From assembly GCF_006345805.1 (NCBI RefSeq), contig NC_043008.1:1364001-1428000 (forward strand): a stretch of DNA of 64,000 nucleotides, written 5' to 3'. Shown in pieces: positions 1 to 13,724 of this stretch. The position numbers and the translations under genes were made by a program. Below the pieces are notes generated by a model that saw nothing but the letters and a program-made list of their open reading frames with translations, ran no database searches and was not told the origin of the DNA. The DNA comes from Octopus sinensis. Lineage: Eukaryota. How positions within the stretch are numbered: the stretch's first letter is position 1; the number at the start of each line of letters is the position of its first letter.

Positions 1-572
1 GAAATAGACATTATTAAAATATTACAGTAAGTGTAAAACCATTCATGCTATTGGTGTTATTGGTTAAGAATTGACAAAACTTCATTATTAAAAATGATTG
101 AAAAGTGTTTACTAAGAAATACAGAGAACATAATTAGGTTAAGTTAAATTACAGAAATATTTGTAAGTTTACAAGTGAAACGTATGAAGCAGCTGTTAGT
201 AATTCTTAGCTTCCAACATCTTACGATTGTATAATTGACAATGTAGTCTGAAACGGTATAGACTTATACTAATTAAGTTATAATAGAAGTTAATTAATAG
301 AGAAACAATTGTAAATATATTTATGTGTCTCTTTAATTACTGAAGTAATGTCTAAGTACAATTATTTCATTTCACACAAATTGACGAGTAGACTTATAGA
401 AACTATAGATACGTACGCGTATGTACATATCTACAAACACATGTTCACATATATACACATATTAATATATGTGTGTGTGTGTGCATACAAAAATACTGTC
501 AGAGTAAAACACCTGTATAATACACATACAGGTAGACGCGCACATACGTGTACTCCCCCCTCCCCACACATT

Positions 573-579
<7 letters not shown>

Positions 580-638
<59 letters not shown>
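580..638. repeat. (AT)n microsatellite
   Basis: Near-pure TA run; it explains the spurious YIYIYI ORFs. Confidence 0.95.
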
Positions 639-645
<7 letters not shown>

Positions 646-846
646 GTGTGTGAGTGTTTTCCTTTATGTATATATTTATATAGAATTACATAGTTTGAGA
701 CGTATATTAGTCATTCAAAAACATACAACTCCATTGAAAGATTTATTATTTGGCGTAGATATTCTCGAGGCATGAAGAGTAAGCTGGCCTCTGGCATTGT
801 TTCGTGGCAACAATGTGTCTTCTACATTAATTTGCATCTAGGTAGG

Positions 847-889
<43 letters not shown>

Positions 890-915
890 CGAATTAGTCA
901 TTAGACTATATATTA

Positions 916-1162
916 TTCATATAGATATATAATAAAAGGCTTCCAAATAAGGAAGCGTAGTGCTAGAAACACAAAAAGGGATAAATTCATGAAAGGAATG
1001 AAAATGAAAAACATTTACCATCTCAACTATATCCCAGACCGACGGTTTTTACTATTTTCAGCAAACAACCAAAATATATTTGCCAAAGCCATGAATTTAT
1101 CCCTTTTTGTGTTCTAGTACAACGCTTCCTTATTTGGAAGCCTCTTATTGTATTTCTATATG

Positions 1163-1164
<2 letters not shown>
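916..1164. repeat. Long inverted repeat (MITE-like/fold-back) between (TA)n tracts
   Basis: 916-991 (TTCATATAGA...GGGATAAATTCATG) is the reverse complement of 1090-1164 with a few mismatches; ~98 bp spacer; (TA)n at ~870-887 and ~1166-1195. Confidence 0.9.
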
Positions 1165-1199
<35 letters not shown>

Positions 1200-1482
1200 A
1201 AATATTAGGGAATAAATCCAAACTTACAGGGAAAAATCAGAGTTCATATTGATTAAACCTCGCCAATATTTAAATATTTAAATATTTAAACCACCTGTAG
1301 AATGAATGTAACTCGAAAATTTTAAGAATGGAACAGCCATGAAACGATCGTAGTGTTATATTAATTACCTTTTTTAATAATTTTGATATATATTTAAATA
1401 ATATAAATGAATTAATCTTATGTATTGGCTTAAGTTTTTCATTGTATGATTTGCCTAATAGTGGTTTTATCTCTAATTTAAT

Positions 1483-1531
<49 letters not shown>

Positions 1532-2198
1532 TATATATAAACAGACACACATACACATGCATACCTGGTCATTCTGCCATTTTTATAGATGCCTGCCTAC
1601 TCATTGTTATGACTCATTGTCCAGAGCATTTATGATTTTCTATTCAAAATTTCTGATATGTCTATTCACACCTCTTGCTGATCTCCAAATTTTGATGCAA
1701 AGATAACACGCAAAAAAATTGTTACTTACTCTGTGTCTCCGATTGGATTGGTATCTGCTCATCGCCGCTCTTCTACCGATCAATAGAATCACACCTGAGG
1801 TCACATCTCTACGGCATTGCACGATTGGCATAATCGCTTACGTAACGCCATGCAACACATTCTGAGACTCCATTTTTAACTCGTGAGAAACCGAAGCCTG
1901 ATAACCTGTGACAGGTTACTACAGCTTTTACAGGAGAGTGTCACTGGGTATTAATTTAAAACGCATCCTTCTTGTGGGGCACTGCTTTGCGGGTTCCAAT
2001 ATTTGCAGTAAAGAAGGTCCAACACTTAACCGCTATTGTTCCTAAATCTAATCTGAACTGGCGTAGAAGCACCTGTCAGAATTACAGCTCAGGGTTAACT
2101 AACGTATGTGATAACAATAAATCTGAGGTGACACAGAAACATATTTAAATGGTGTCAAAGAGTGCACTAGAATTATCATGAGTGAAGGACACCGAAAT

Positions 2199-2230
<32 letters not shown>

Positions 2231-5135
2231 ACACTCACACGCGCGCACACACACAAAATATTGATGCCAGACATCGCCTTATGAAATTTACAACCCGATT
2301 ACAATATTCTCTCGTTTGGTACACATTAGTAACATATATTTTTAATTGTGTGAGTGTATGTTGTATGTTTTGAATACCTATTATTGAACATTTACTACAT
2401 TTTGAAAGCGATAAATACAGTTATATATTAATACAATTTTCTCCTGTATTTAGAAGATGCAAAAACATTAAATTTTATCGAAGTATTATAAAATATGATT
2501 AGAAACATTGATAATATTTTCTTCTCTTCAATGGAATCATAAGTTTGTTATGAAATAGTATTTAGCTTTCCATTGCTATTTAATATTTCCAAAAGTGTAG
2601 ATTTGAAATCGTATATTACCGCAGTAATTTTTTAGACTAAGTAATAAAATTATTTCTGTATTACATATACCGTATCACAGTCTAAAATTGTTTTCGTGGC
2701 CACAAGGACATAAAGAGCAACTATGTAGAGGATTTCTTGCTGAGATCTGTCGCGACATCAACGTCAGATAATGAATGAAAGTTTAACTGGATCGAGTCAT
2801 TTTCTCGTTTTTATATCGCGAAAATATCGAGCTTCCGGAATTTTTGATTGCCCCGTCAGTGACGCGAGTAAAATAATTTCCTCAAAAAAGAGACCTCATT
2901 TCATTATAACAGAAACTTGTCAGTTCAAGTTGTTGTTGGCCCAGTTAATTTTATTCAGTATTACAACCTTACAAGCTATCTTTCTCTCAGATTTTTATGT
3001 ACAATTGTTTGACTTGAGGCTTTGGTAGAGGACATGAACTGGAGGTAACCCTAAGTAGGGCCAGAGCTGAAAAACTTAGCTGCACATCTAAACCCTAGTT
3101 TCAACATCATAAATGCGAAATGATCTTTCTTCAACAATAATCACAAGAACATTGTGGGCAGACTACAACACAAAATCATCAAATTAAACTGTATTTTATT
3201 TCTTCATGTAATTGCAAAATATCTTATTGCGACTAAATAATTTCTTGGTTTTTATTTGTAGGTATTTTCTAAAAAGTTCTTACTGTGTAAATATACATTT
3301 CCTACAGAGAGGAACTCTAAAATTTTGAATCGATGGAAGAGTTTTAGCTTGAAGATAGTTATTTTATCTAAATATTATATCAGAGAAATATGTCCGGAAA
3401 AAAACTACCATTCCGACAATTATATTTGATAATCTTTCAAAATTTGGCATAGCACACAGTAGTGTTCAAGTTTGGCATTCGTATCCATTTCCGTTATTAA
3501 ATGGATATTACACAGATAAATTTGCTAGCAAGAATTAATTTGAAGCTATTCTTTAACTAATAATTTGGAAATAGTCTTTACAAAATAATTCACTATTTTA
3601 GAAATGTCTATTTTGATTTGTAATGTGAGCTTGGTATTTTCAAGTGTGAATAATAGTGAATACTTATAAATGAGTATCTAAGGTTAGCGTTGAACCAGTG
3701 TTTTTTCATTCTTCTCAACACGTTTCAACCAGCAACATTATATATTCAGCAAGCCAACACAAATATCACTGGCCATGATAACTTAAAGAAAACAAATCCA
3801 ACATATCATTGATTCATTGTACATGTTTATAGGACTTTTCAAAAGCAGGTTTGAAAATGTCACACGCTGCAATCAATAAAACCAGCCTATAGAAAACGAA
3901 AATCAGATATCCACCCCCATAATGTCAGCGAGAGGGAAAGTCAAATAGAAGATAAATCGATAGATTGATAGAATCTAATCCGACGATATAGTACATGTGC
4001 TTCACTTAACGATTTGAGTATCGTTGAAACATCAGAGGTTGATGTTAATTCAATAGATTGAAAACATCAATGAATAACCTCGCTCGAAGACAAAGTAAAG
4101 AAATGTAAAACTGTGCATTGATGACATAGAAGATAAAAAACAAAAGCTAAAATGGAAAATAATTTTTTTTTTAAATGCACGTGGATTATCAAATTAAACG
4201 CACAATGGCTGATACTAGATTATTAAAGAAAAAGACTTGGTAAACTAGACGCAGGTTTATTAATTCTCTGAAAAGATTTATGGAATTTTCTAAAGCTAAG
4301 GAGAGGTTATGGATATTCAGTCTCAGCGAATTTCATTAATACAACTTGCCCATCTGTGATATCAAATCATTATGTTTACTTAATTAGCTCCAGAATATAA
4401 CGTTGGAATAAATGCATGTTAGCATTTTAAGTTGTTTTCTATATATATATATATATATGCATAACAATTATCCCTACAAAGCTCTTGGTTTTTGTAAATT
4501 TATTCTGCTTTTAGTAAATCGGAGAACATCGTGTAATGAACATGTCTATGGTTGGGCCAGCAAAGACACTTGGGACAGATCCATTCGTGTCTCTTTCCAG
4601 TGATAGCAGGATAAATGCTACCTAATAAAAGTATAAGCATTAGCGTATATGTTTCTTTACAGGATGCCGTTAGGGTTTCGAGAAGGGCGATTTGTACATG
4701 TAGTGGAAGTACATGAATGCTGCTTTCAAGACGGCTTACACCCTTCGTTTTAGGCTTGGCAAAGTTAAACACAACTCCTGCCAATCACGTTGTTAGGGTT
4801 CATTTGCATTTACTGTAGGATAAGTGTGTGTGTGTGTGTGTCTGTGCATGTCTGTATGTACATGTCTGTGTCTGTATGTATATGTGTGCTTCTGTGTCTG
4901 AGTCTGTGCGAGTGTGTCTGTGTGTCCGTGTGTAACAGCTGTTCTATCCTAGATATGCGGTACTCTAATATAAATTGAAATTAATGTTTGGTTTTCAGTT
5001 TCGCACCTAATGATGTAAGTGAGGAAAGATATTAGCGCAGACAGTTCAGATTCGCAATATACTCGGCCGTTACACCGGGTAAATCAATGTACAGTTGGAT
5101 GAATATATGTCATTCATTTATGATAAGGTGTTCAC

Positions 5136-5177
<42 letters not shown>

Positions 5178-5691
5178 GGGGAAGGGAAAGAGAAATTGAG
5201 AGAAAGTCAGTAAAAGAAACAAAGAGAAGTTTTAAAGTTTTACTTCCCGATTGAACGGTGTAAAACATTGAACAATTGTGGTTCATAGGAATGTGGTATA
5301 CAGAAAAAAATAGAGGAGATCTATTTATTACAGTGCTGAATGGCTATGCCGAGAAATGAAAGAGCGGAGAGTAATTATGGATTTTATGAGATAAGAAAAT
5401 ACTTCGGGGGGGGGGGTATATTCAAACTTGTTTTTAACCTTTCAGAAATAAATCGGATTATAGCGTGAAGACAACAAAGATGGGATAATGTGTAATGACG
5501 ATTGCATTCATAAGTTAGGATGAGAGGGGACTGAGATAATAGGAGAAAAGTTGCAAGGGATGAAGTATGAAGAGAGAAATCAGATATCTGCAGCGTGACA
5601 GAAAGTGGAAGTGATAATCTATCGATGATAATTAGGTGGTGGGGGCGGGATATACTCCAGAATGTTGTGGTTATTAAACGTAATGATATGT

Positions 5692-5903
5692 CGGTGAAGT
5701 GGCAAAATAGTTATCACGCAGGTCAAAATAGTTAGCGTATTTCATCAGTCTTTACGTTCTCAGTTCAAATACAACCGGGAGCCCTTTCTCTTACATCCTT
5801 TCGGGGTCGACAAAATATGTACAAGTTGAGGACAGCGGTCGATAGAATCTGCCCATTGCCTTCCTCGAAATTGCTGAGCTTGTGACCAATTTTCAAACCA
5901 ATA
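5692..5903 (+). mobile_element. Decayed tRNA-derived SINE
   Basis: TCTTTACGTTCTCAGTTCAAAT (B-box-like) then CATCCTTTCGGGGTCGACAAAAT, homologous to the reverse complement of the copies at 49917 and 60931. Confidence 0.75.
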
Positions 5904-5954
5904 AATGCGATGTCTGAGATATAAATTGATAGCTCTGAAATATATTGTGAAATA

Positions 5955-6125
5955 TATTAGGGTGTCAACTAAGTTCCTGCCGTTTTTTTTTTTAAATTTA
6001 AATTTTCTAAAAGGTTTAATAAAAAATAACAACTAATTAATCAATAATGTATTCACCCTTGTTGTTTACATCTTCTTCCCAACGTTCAAAAACATTTTCA
6101 ATACGTCGTTGTAAATTTCTTTCAG
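5955..6125 (-). mobile_element. Mariner 3'-end fragment with terminal inverted repeat
   Basis: Minus strand reads RRIENVFERWEEDVNNKGEYIID*, a typical mariner transposase C-terminus. A TIR-like TATTAGGGTGTCAACTAAGTTCCTGCCGTTTT starts at 5955. Confidence 0.8.
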
Positions 6126-8068
6126 AAAAAATGATAACTGTAAACAATAAAAAATGAAAAGCAAATATACGTAAAAATAAGAAATTTTTTCAACTTCAAA
6201 AACTTGCCATAATTTTCAAAATTTCGAACCCATTTTCCGCGATTAAATTACAAATCCGCTCCCACTTTGCCATGTTGAACATTTGATTGAAATCGGGCAA
6301 AAGGTACCCAATCTAGACCCACCAAGTGTCCCCAAAAGTCAATAAAATGCCCGTTTTCACAGCAAAGTAACCACTGCAGCGCCTTAAAACGTCTCCCAAT
6401 CAATTTGTCACCACAAGTTACCCCCTCCTGTAGATATTAATCCCCTTCCAACCCCATTTAGACGCCTTTTTTTTACATAAAAATCCAGTTTGTATTAACG
6501 TTCGCCTTCTTCATTTTATAGATTAGATTAAAGATAACCGCCTCTAGACCCCGCAAGAACACGGAAAGCCACCATTATTCAAACAGCGCAACCTGTCTAT
6601 GCCATAAAACTCAATTTTTCCCATTTTCTTCACCATGGCAATCAAACGGTAGCCCCGAGCTACTTGCGACCCTCCCCACCCCATTGCGCACCCCATTTTA
6701 CACCCCAGAGTAAATTTTGGCGCCAATCCGATGCCATCCCCCGCCCTTAAACCGTCACCATCCCAAAATGAGACAAATAACCAAGAAATCAAACAATTGT
6801 TTCGTCTTTCAGATTTGTTTCAAATCCTGGCAGAAGGTCAGCAGTTTTAGCGGACAAGGCAGTTGATCGCATCGGCGCAGTGCTCAATCATACATTAGTT
6901 TATCGGCTTCTAAATGATGATAGGCAGAGTTTACCTTGGTGCAATTTGAGTTCCGAACATAAAGAGCTGGAAGAAAGGCTACGAAGCATTTTGTCCGACG
7001 CGCTAAGGTTTCTTCTTGCTCACTGTCTTTATATCCGAAAATTATGAAAGCCGAAGAGGGCCACAGACAGTCATAAACAGAGAACGATCTTCAAAATATA
7101 AGGGCCCAATTTTAATTCAGGCGAAATGGTGACATGTAACATTAGGGATGGGAAAACGAGTGTGGTCAGATCTGCAGTATACGGATTGGGACAGGGTGTT
7201 TTATAAAATAGACCATATTTTGGGAAATGCTGTCGGGATTCAATGTGATATGTGAGACTAAAGAGTGATGCTTGTAAAGCTAGAGCCCAGCTTGGCGCAA
7301 CCATCTTTATACGAGGTGTGTTGACAAATCTATATCACCTTTAGCTGCAGCAGTTGTTTGATCAACCATAAATCAGTTCAAAGCTATACTAACTCTCATT
7401 TTGAAATATATTTATAGCATCTTGAGCTACATTAATCGGTGCATTTCACATTTTATAAGCTGTAAGAATCTAGATACAAGAGAAATTGGTTTCAATTGTA
7501 GCGAGGTCAGCTAAGAATTAGATGATTTCCCAAGGCTCGCATGTAATACACATATCCACTTTTAAGGTACGGAACTATAAGAAGGGACGTTATACATATG
7601 GTCGTGTCATTGTTATTTTCATACAATATATATAAGAGAACACTATCTAAATGCTTTCTTCCTTCTTTAAATGTATAGAATGTGATTTGAATGAACATTT
7701 TCTACCCATTTTAAGCAGGGAAGGCAACCATTTTAAGACGCCCCACGTAGATAATTTTCCCCAGTATAAAACAAAAACATATAAAATTTTGCAAACAGCA
7801 ACTGAAGGTATTGAAAGTCACAATACACTGCTAATACAATCGATCACTAACTATTATTATTCAAGTTTAGCAAACGATTTTTTTTCTTTCTCTCAACTCT
7901 CTTGATATATTTCATTGGGAAATATTTTTTAAATGCATTAAGCTATCAGTAGTTGCGAGAAGAATTAATCTTTTGTTTCCTTTCTATATTTCTTTTCTCA
8001 CATTCTGTCTATCTTTCTTCTGCATATATACATAAGTATGTATGTTTCTGTGCATGTACGCATGCCTA

Positions 8069-8123
<55 letters not shown>

Positions 8124-9293
8124 GCATACGTACATACACATACATCGGCATATGTACATGCACAGATGCATGTATTTATATATGTATATATATATATATA
8201 TATGCCATTACTTAGAAAGTGTATGACGTCAGGCTTTTCTTATTTGTTAATATATTTTATCGTTGGGAATTAATATATTTTCTGCTGGAAGAGATGTACT
8301 ACATGAGTTTTCTAGTAGAAGCATATGAGCTGCTCTTTGTAAGCAGCATGTAAAAATTTGTTTTGTGATTCAAAATGCTGAATGCTTGGCCTCGCAGCAA
8401 GAAGTAATTTTCTGATAATTATTCCGATTAATATTCTGATAATTCTTATAATTATTTGGATAATTTTGATAATTATTAAATTATCTGCTAATTATTTTGA
8501 GGCCTTTCGTATATCATATTGAGGTGAGAAGAGTTATTATACCATTTTTATGTAGTGAATAAAACATCTGTTTTTGTTATTAATATTCTTCGTTTATTCT
8601 AGATTAGTTAACATTCGTTTACGTAATTGACAGTGACCTAAAAATATGTTCGATTTCGGATTCTCATTTAGTGTTCTAACATAATTTGCAAATATATTGA
8701 GGGTAATTAGAAGATCTATTTGAATTCTATTTGACATCCTATCAAGGGAATAATTACCATTGCCTTCAATTTATAGTAATTATGAAATAATATACTTTTA
8801 AAATAAAAATTTTCAAAGAAAAGAAGAATGTTATTTCTTGATATTTCCTTTCACATAAATGGTATTTTTCCTGAACTAATAATAATTCTAGATAAGCACA
8901 CGGACATCTTGCCCATAGTCATATACACATAAGTTTTCCATCACATTCGGTAAGTAGTATACTCTAATATAAAGTTAGTCTCTTCGGCAGTTTCTCAACA
9001 CATGACCCATTACCCTCTGGTTGACTTAGCCTAACACATTATGTGACAAGGTCTGTGCGTATTATCGTTCAGAAGGTTTTCTGTGCAAATCCAGTCTATC
9101 CAAATTTATTTACAAAACATCGGTAGATAAAATGAAAAGAAGATCGAATCCGGAACCTAATAGTAACCAAATAGTGGATCTATTTACTTGGTCATGTTTC
9201 CTTTCTCCTGCTGTAGAATACGATTTACCAGTTACCGTAATTACTGGATATTCCTTAGACCACACACACACACACACACACAATCTCTCTCTC

Positions 9294-10030
9294 TAAGGGG
9301 GTACCCAAAAGGAAACGGAAATTTTCAATACATTTTTTACTTATTTAGTTTTACATGTTTACACTTTTCTCACCTTCAAATTATTCTCCATTTCAAGCAG
9401 ACCATTGTTGCAGACACGTCATTCTGCACTGTTGGAAGCATTACTGGAACTCTTGTGAATTGATAAATCTTAACGCATCCATCGTTATTCACTTGATATC
9501 TTCAATATCTGAATATTCCGTCATCACCAAAGATAACTTTCCAAAAAAGGTCCGGGTCAATCTCCAACTGTTCTTTCAGTTCACGACATGCATTCAGTCG
9601 TAACTACTTTTGAACTTCCGTAAGCAAGAGAAGTACAAATTCTGCTGCAACTCTTTTCATTCGCAATCCTTTGCACAAAATTCGTTGGCAAGAGCTCCAG
9701 GACACCGCCGACATATCAACAAGTTCGTCAATTATTCGGTAATGTTCCTCCAAGATCAAATCATGAGTTTTCGTGATGTTTTTATTCGTTCCCTGGGTGG
9801 GTGGGCGTGCACGAGGTCATTTCAAATGACAAGTGGCCATTTCTAAAGCCTGAAAACCACTTGTAAACTTGTGTTTTGCTGATCGCAGTGGTCTTGTAAG
9901 ATTTTCGAAGCATAACAACTCCTTCGGCTGCTGTTTCCCCCAGAAGAATACAGAATTTCACGGAAGCACGCTGTTCTTTCTTTTCAGCAGTAACAAAAAT
10001 CGCCGAACAGGGGTGAAGCACTGCAACAAA
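9294..10030 (-). mobile_element. Internally deleted mariner transposon remnant
   Basis: N-terminus EKKEQRASVKFCILLGETA...SKTQVYKWFSGF (ORF 9782-10021); then DELVDMSAVSWSSCQRIL...MKRVAAEFV; C-terminus ending GE*FEG. Most of the catalytic domain is missing. TIR-like TAAGGGGGTACCCAAAAGGAAACGGAA at 9294. Confidence 0.85.
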
Positions 10031-10273
10031 AAATAAGAAAAAGAAAAGAAAAGATGTACCATTTGCAGGGCGACTTCAGTAGACGATATGATATGCATAT
10101 GCACATGTGTGTGAGTATGTATGTGCAAATATATGTGAGAGGGGTTGAGTTCAATTTCATTCTTGGAATTGGTGGTGGCGGGGGAAAGGCTCCAAAGTTA
10201 GATTTCTCTTCATATTAGATTTGTAGTTTACCATTGTAAATATTTTTTTAAATATGAAAATTTTACTAGTATA

Positions 10274-10458
10274 AGGTGTGTTATGAGCATTTATAGAACA
10301 GGTCTTCTAAATAAACTCAACAAACAATAAAAAGATGGGGAAAAGATGTTAACAGTTTTATAAAATTTCCTAAAACTTTAAAACCATCTCTTCTCCATCT
10401 TTAATTGTTTGTTAAGTTTATATAGGATACCTGTTCTATAAATGCTCATAACACACCT
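10274..10458. repeat. Long inverted repeat / hairpin
   Basis: Arms of ~87 bp; the outer 30 bp (AGGTGTGTTATGAGCATTTATAGAACAGGT) are perfectly complementary; ~10 bp spacer. Confidence 0.92.
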
Positions 10459-10971
10459 GATAGTTGTATATGCAAATATATCTTTTTACTTATGACGTGC
10501 TCACAACCACCGAGAATGTGGGGCCCTTAAATGTTGTCACAATATCCTTCTTGGAGAGTAACGCTCTGATGTGAAACCTGCGATTTCACGAGATTACTTC
10601 TCATACCTGTATGTTCTGTCAGTAGGTACTCGTCAGGGAGACTCGAATAGTGGTACTCTTGTTATACAAGTGTTTGTCACCATAATTCAGTGCCGTACAG
10701 ATATTTCTTTACGGTGATCTTAATCGTTATTCCATCTAGTACGTATCCTATGGCAACAGGAAAGTGGCGACGTTCGCTGACCTAACTAGTTGGATATACA
10801 CATTAATTAAACGATTTCGCCATCACCTATGCTCCTAGCGCTGTAGAGCTGCATTAGGGCTGAATAGTCATTTCGGAGGTAATATTCGAATGTCAGTTAT
10901 GACATTGAGAACAAGGAAATCTGTTGGTTATCACTATACATGTATGAATGAATGTATGTTTCTATGTGGTG

Positions 10972-11003
<32 letters not shown>

Positions 11004-12444
11004 AATCACACATTCATATTCACTCTATATCGTAGCTTTCACAACCAGTGATATATCACTCGACCACCGTCATGTCCGTAATGTTGTCCAATTTCGCATC
11101 ATACCCTTTCTTGAATACACGTGGATAGATTGTTTACCTTCGTTTGCTCAAGCCATAGACATAGTCTTCCCAATGTCCCCTTCTTATGGAGATACTGGGC
11201 AAGTGAATATATAGAGGATTAAATGCCAACTTCAAAGTGTAACAATTGACCAATCTGCTGGTTTAAGTGAAATCCCAATACACGGACAATAGATTACTAG
11301 AGTGTTTAATTAACGGATAATAAAAAAAGGCGGTGATGATTAGCGTTAAGTATTAACAATCCAATGTTCAAAAGTGGTCTGAATCCACATAGAAATATAT
11401 AATGCATTTGACACATGTTAAAACCGCACTCCAGTTATATTTACCTTTTTATAGGGAGATACGTGTGCAGAGATCTTTCTTCTGATTCTTTACAATTTAT
11501 AAACGATGTGTCGTTTGGAAGATAAAGTAGATGAATTTTAGGCTACACTTGAAACTAGAAAGGACATAAATCTGAAAGAGTCACCGGAAAATCTTAATAT
11601 ATTAGCGCTTATCATTTTATTTATAGAGAAAATATGCTGTGTTAGACACATTTAATGTGACATCGGCAAACATTTAGTTGTATATAAAATATGTTCACTT
11701 TCAGGAATCTAAATTTCATTACAGAAGTATTAATGGATTTCTTGTAGACTTTGTCAGTAGGCGCATATATATGTGTATGTGTGTTTGTGTGCCTGTGTTT
11801 ATATCAGCTGTAATAATGCACGAGTGAGCTCGACTGATAATATATAAATCGTGTAATTTCTTGGCAAACCTTTTTACCTCATCAGAGAAAGATATAAGTA
11901 AATTAATACAATTACTTCTAATTTATTAGTTACCTAAACTCAGGTAATTTCATAATTAGGTTTCATCGAACTACCATGACTGTAAGATTTATTGCGACAC
12001 AACGTCCACGAATACAGTGAAGCAGCTTTAACCTCACTTTTGAACAGAACAGCTGTTAAATATATGATATAAATTTTAATAAAGATAGACATGCATATTT
12101 ATATATGCACCTATATGAGTTTTGTGTTTCTATGCAAGTACACAAGTCTCTTATAGTAATGCCGTCACATCTCAGTAACGAAAGTTTAATATTCGACTAC
12201 AGAACAAATTAATTTGTTTCAATGAACATATGATATAACCACCTGGGAAATCTTGAAGAGTTGCTTCTCACACCTACGTTCACACATTAAACGACTTTAT
12301 ACAAATTCGTCGAAACATATGTAGTATAATAATACACCGAATATTTATTCAATAAGAAATTTGATTAAAAATATGCAGACGGTACATTAATAAGTACATG
12401 CATATACATATATATATGTCTATATATGAGTACACGTACAAACT

Positions 12445-12526
<82 letters not shown>
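12445..12526. repeat. Compound (CA)n(TA)n(TG)n microsatellite, self-complementary
   Basis: CA run 12445-12460, TA run 12461-12504, TG run 12505-12526. Confidence 0.95.
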
Positions 12527-13724
12527 CGCTCGTGTGTGTGTGTTTGCGTGTATCTGTGCGTGTATGTGTGTGTTTATATACATCTTTATGTACATATATA
12601 CGTAGAATAAACACCGTCGGCTTACAGAATGATTCAGTTCTGTCTCCACTGAATGGCTTTATTTCTGAATCAGTGGTATCACGCATGACAACTTACAGGT
12701 AGTGCCTATCAAGTACCAGTTTCCCTCAAGGAAACCTGCAAGTAATTCCATACAGCTGAAATGAACCCGATACCTGGTCATTTCGAAGAGACATTGTTAA
12801 CCAGTCGGGCATGCCTTTATCTCTCTCGTTCTATTGTATCTTTCTTAATATATCGGTAAATATGTGTGGTGGAGAAGGAGCTAGGTCTACCCGTTTGCTT
12901 CTATATGTGTCACAGATTCATTGTGTGCGAGAATGTATATCTATAGATATATATATAGAAACTAATGTTGTGAGAGTGTGTTGACAGAATGTCGATATAT
13001 TGAGTGATTCCTGCATGTCTGCCCTCTTTTGGGAAAATACATTTCAATCTCATAAATATGATATAAATAAAAAAAATGAAAGCATCAGTTTTATTAAATT
13101 AAGTGTATACCAAATGTTGTCGATTCAATGTTTGTGTTTTTTGATTGAGAAAATAACGAAACTGTTCTATTAGCCGAAACATCCTCTCCATTTATTAATT
13201 TAACCGACGGTAAACATATTTCACAGACTTTCCTTTGAGATTTGAATATATTACCGTTTAATATTGTCATGGAAGATGAATTAATTTTGCACTCTCAGAC
13301 AGCCACACTAGAGAAACATTTGGTGAAATCTTTCTCTGGAACATTCACCTCAAATTATCTTCCGTAGCTCAAAATTGTTGCAACTGTGAAGATTTAATTT
13401 CCTAAAACTTATAGGATATAGAATATATTTAAACTATAGAAAGAAGCTAAATGGTTCATTTCACTCATTAATAATGACAACTAGAATTAAAATCTCTATT
13501 TATAAATGTGAGAAGAAATTACTCAAGAAGCTTTCCGGAATGATGAAGTATTCAAATGGGTTGATAAACCATTCAATTTCGAGGTGGTATATTAGAGACT
13601 TCAGTCGAAATATCTAAGTGGCGTTGGTTTCTATCATAGATAATATTGAAAGTAGTTTTATTTAATATACGTGGTTGATGACTGTTGAATATTTTCTGAC
13701 TTATCAAGAGATTAATAAAATTAA

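Noticed and set aside
348-775. ORFs with YIYIYI/VCVC/HTHT runs, here and throughout the track
   Set aside because: They are translations of AT, CA and GT microsatellites.
3900-4380. Purine-rich stretch that looks like decayed coding sequence
   Set aside because: Stops in the frames checked and no recognisable motif.
7071-7330. PNPYTADL resembling the mariner HPPYSPDL motif, and TACGAGGTGTG resembling a TIR start
   Set aside because: Too short and degenerate, with no second supporting motif.
8400-8500. GATAATT-based quasi-repeat
   Set aside because: Irregular low-complexity AT sequence.
11133-11190. Possible 57-nt minus-strand exon (CAG...AAG|GTAAAC)
   Set aside because: Isolated, modest donor, no recognisable peptide.
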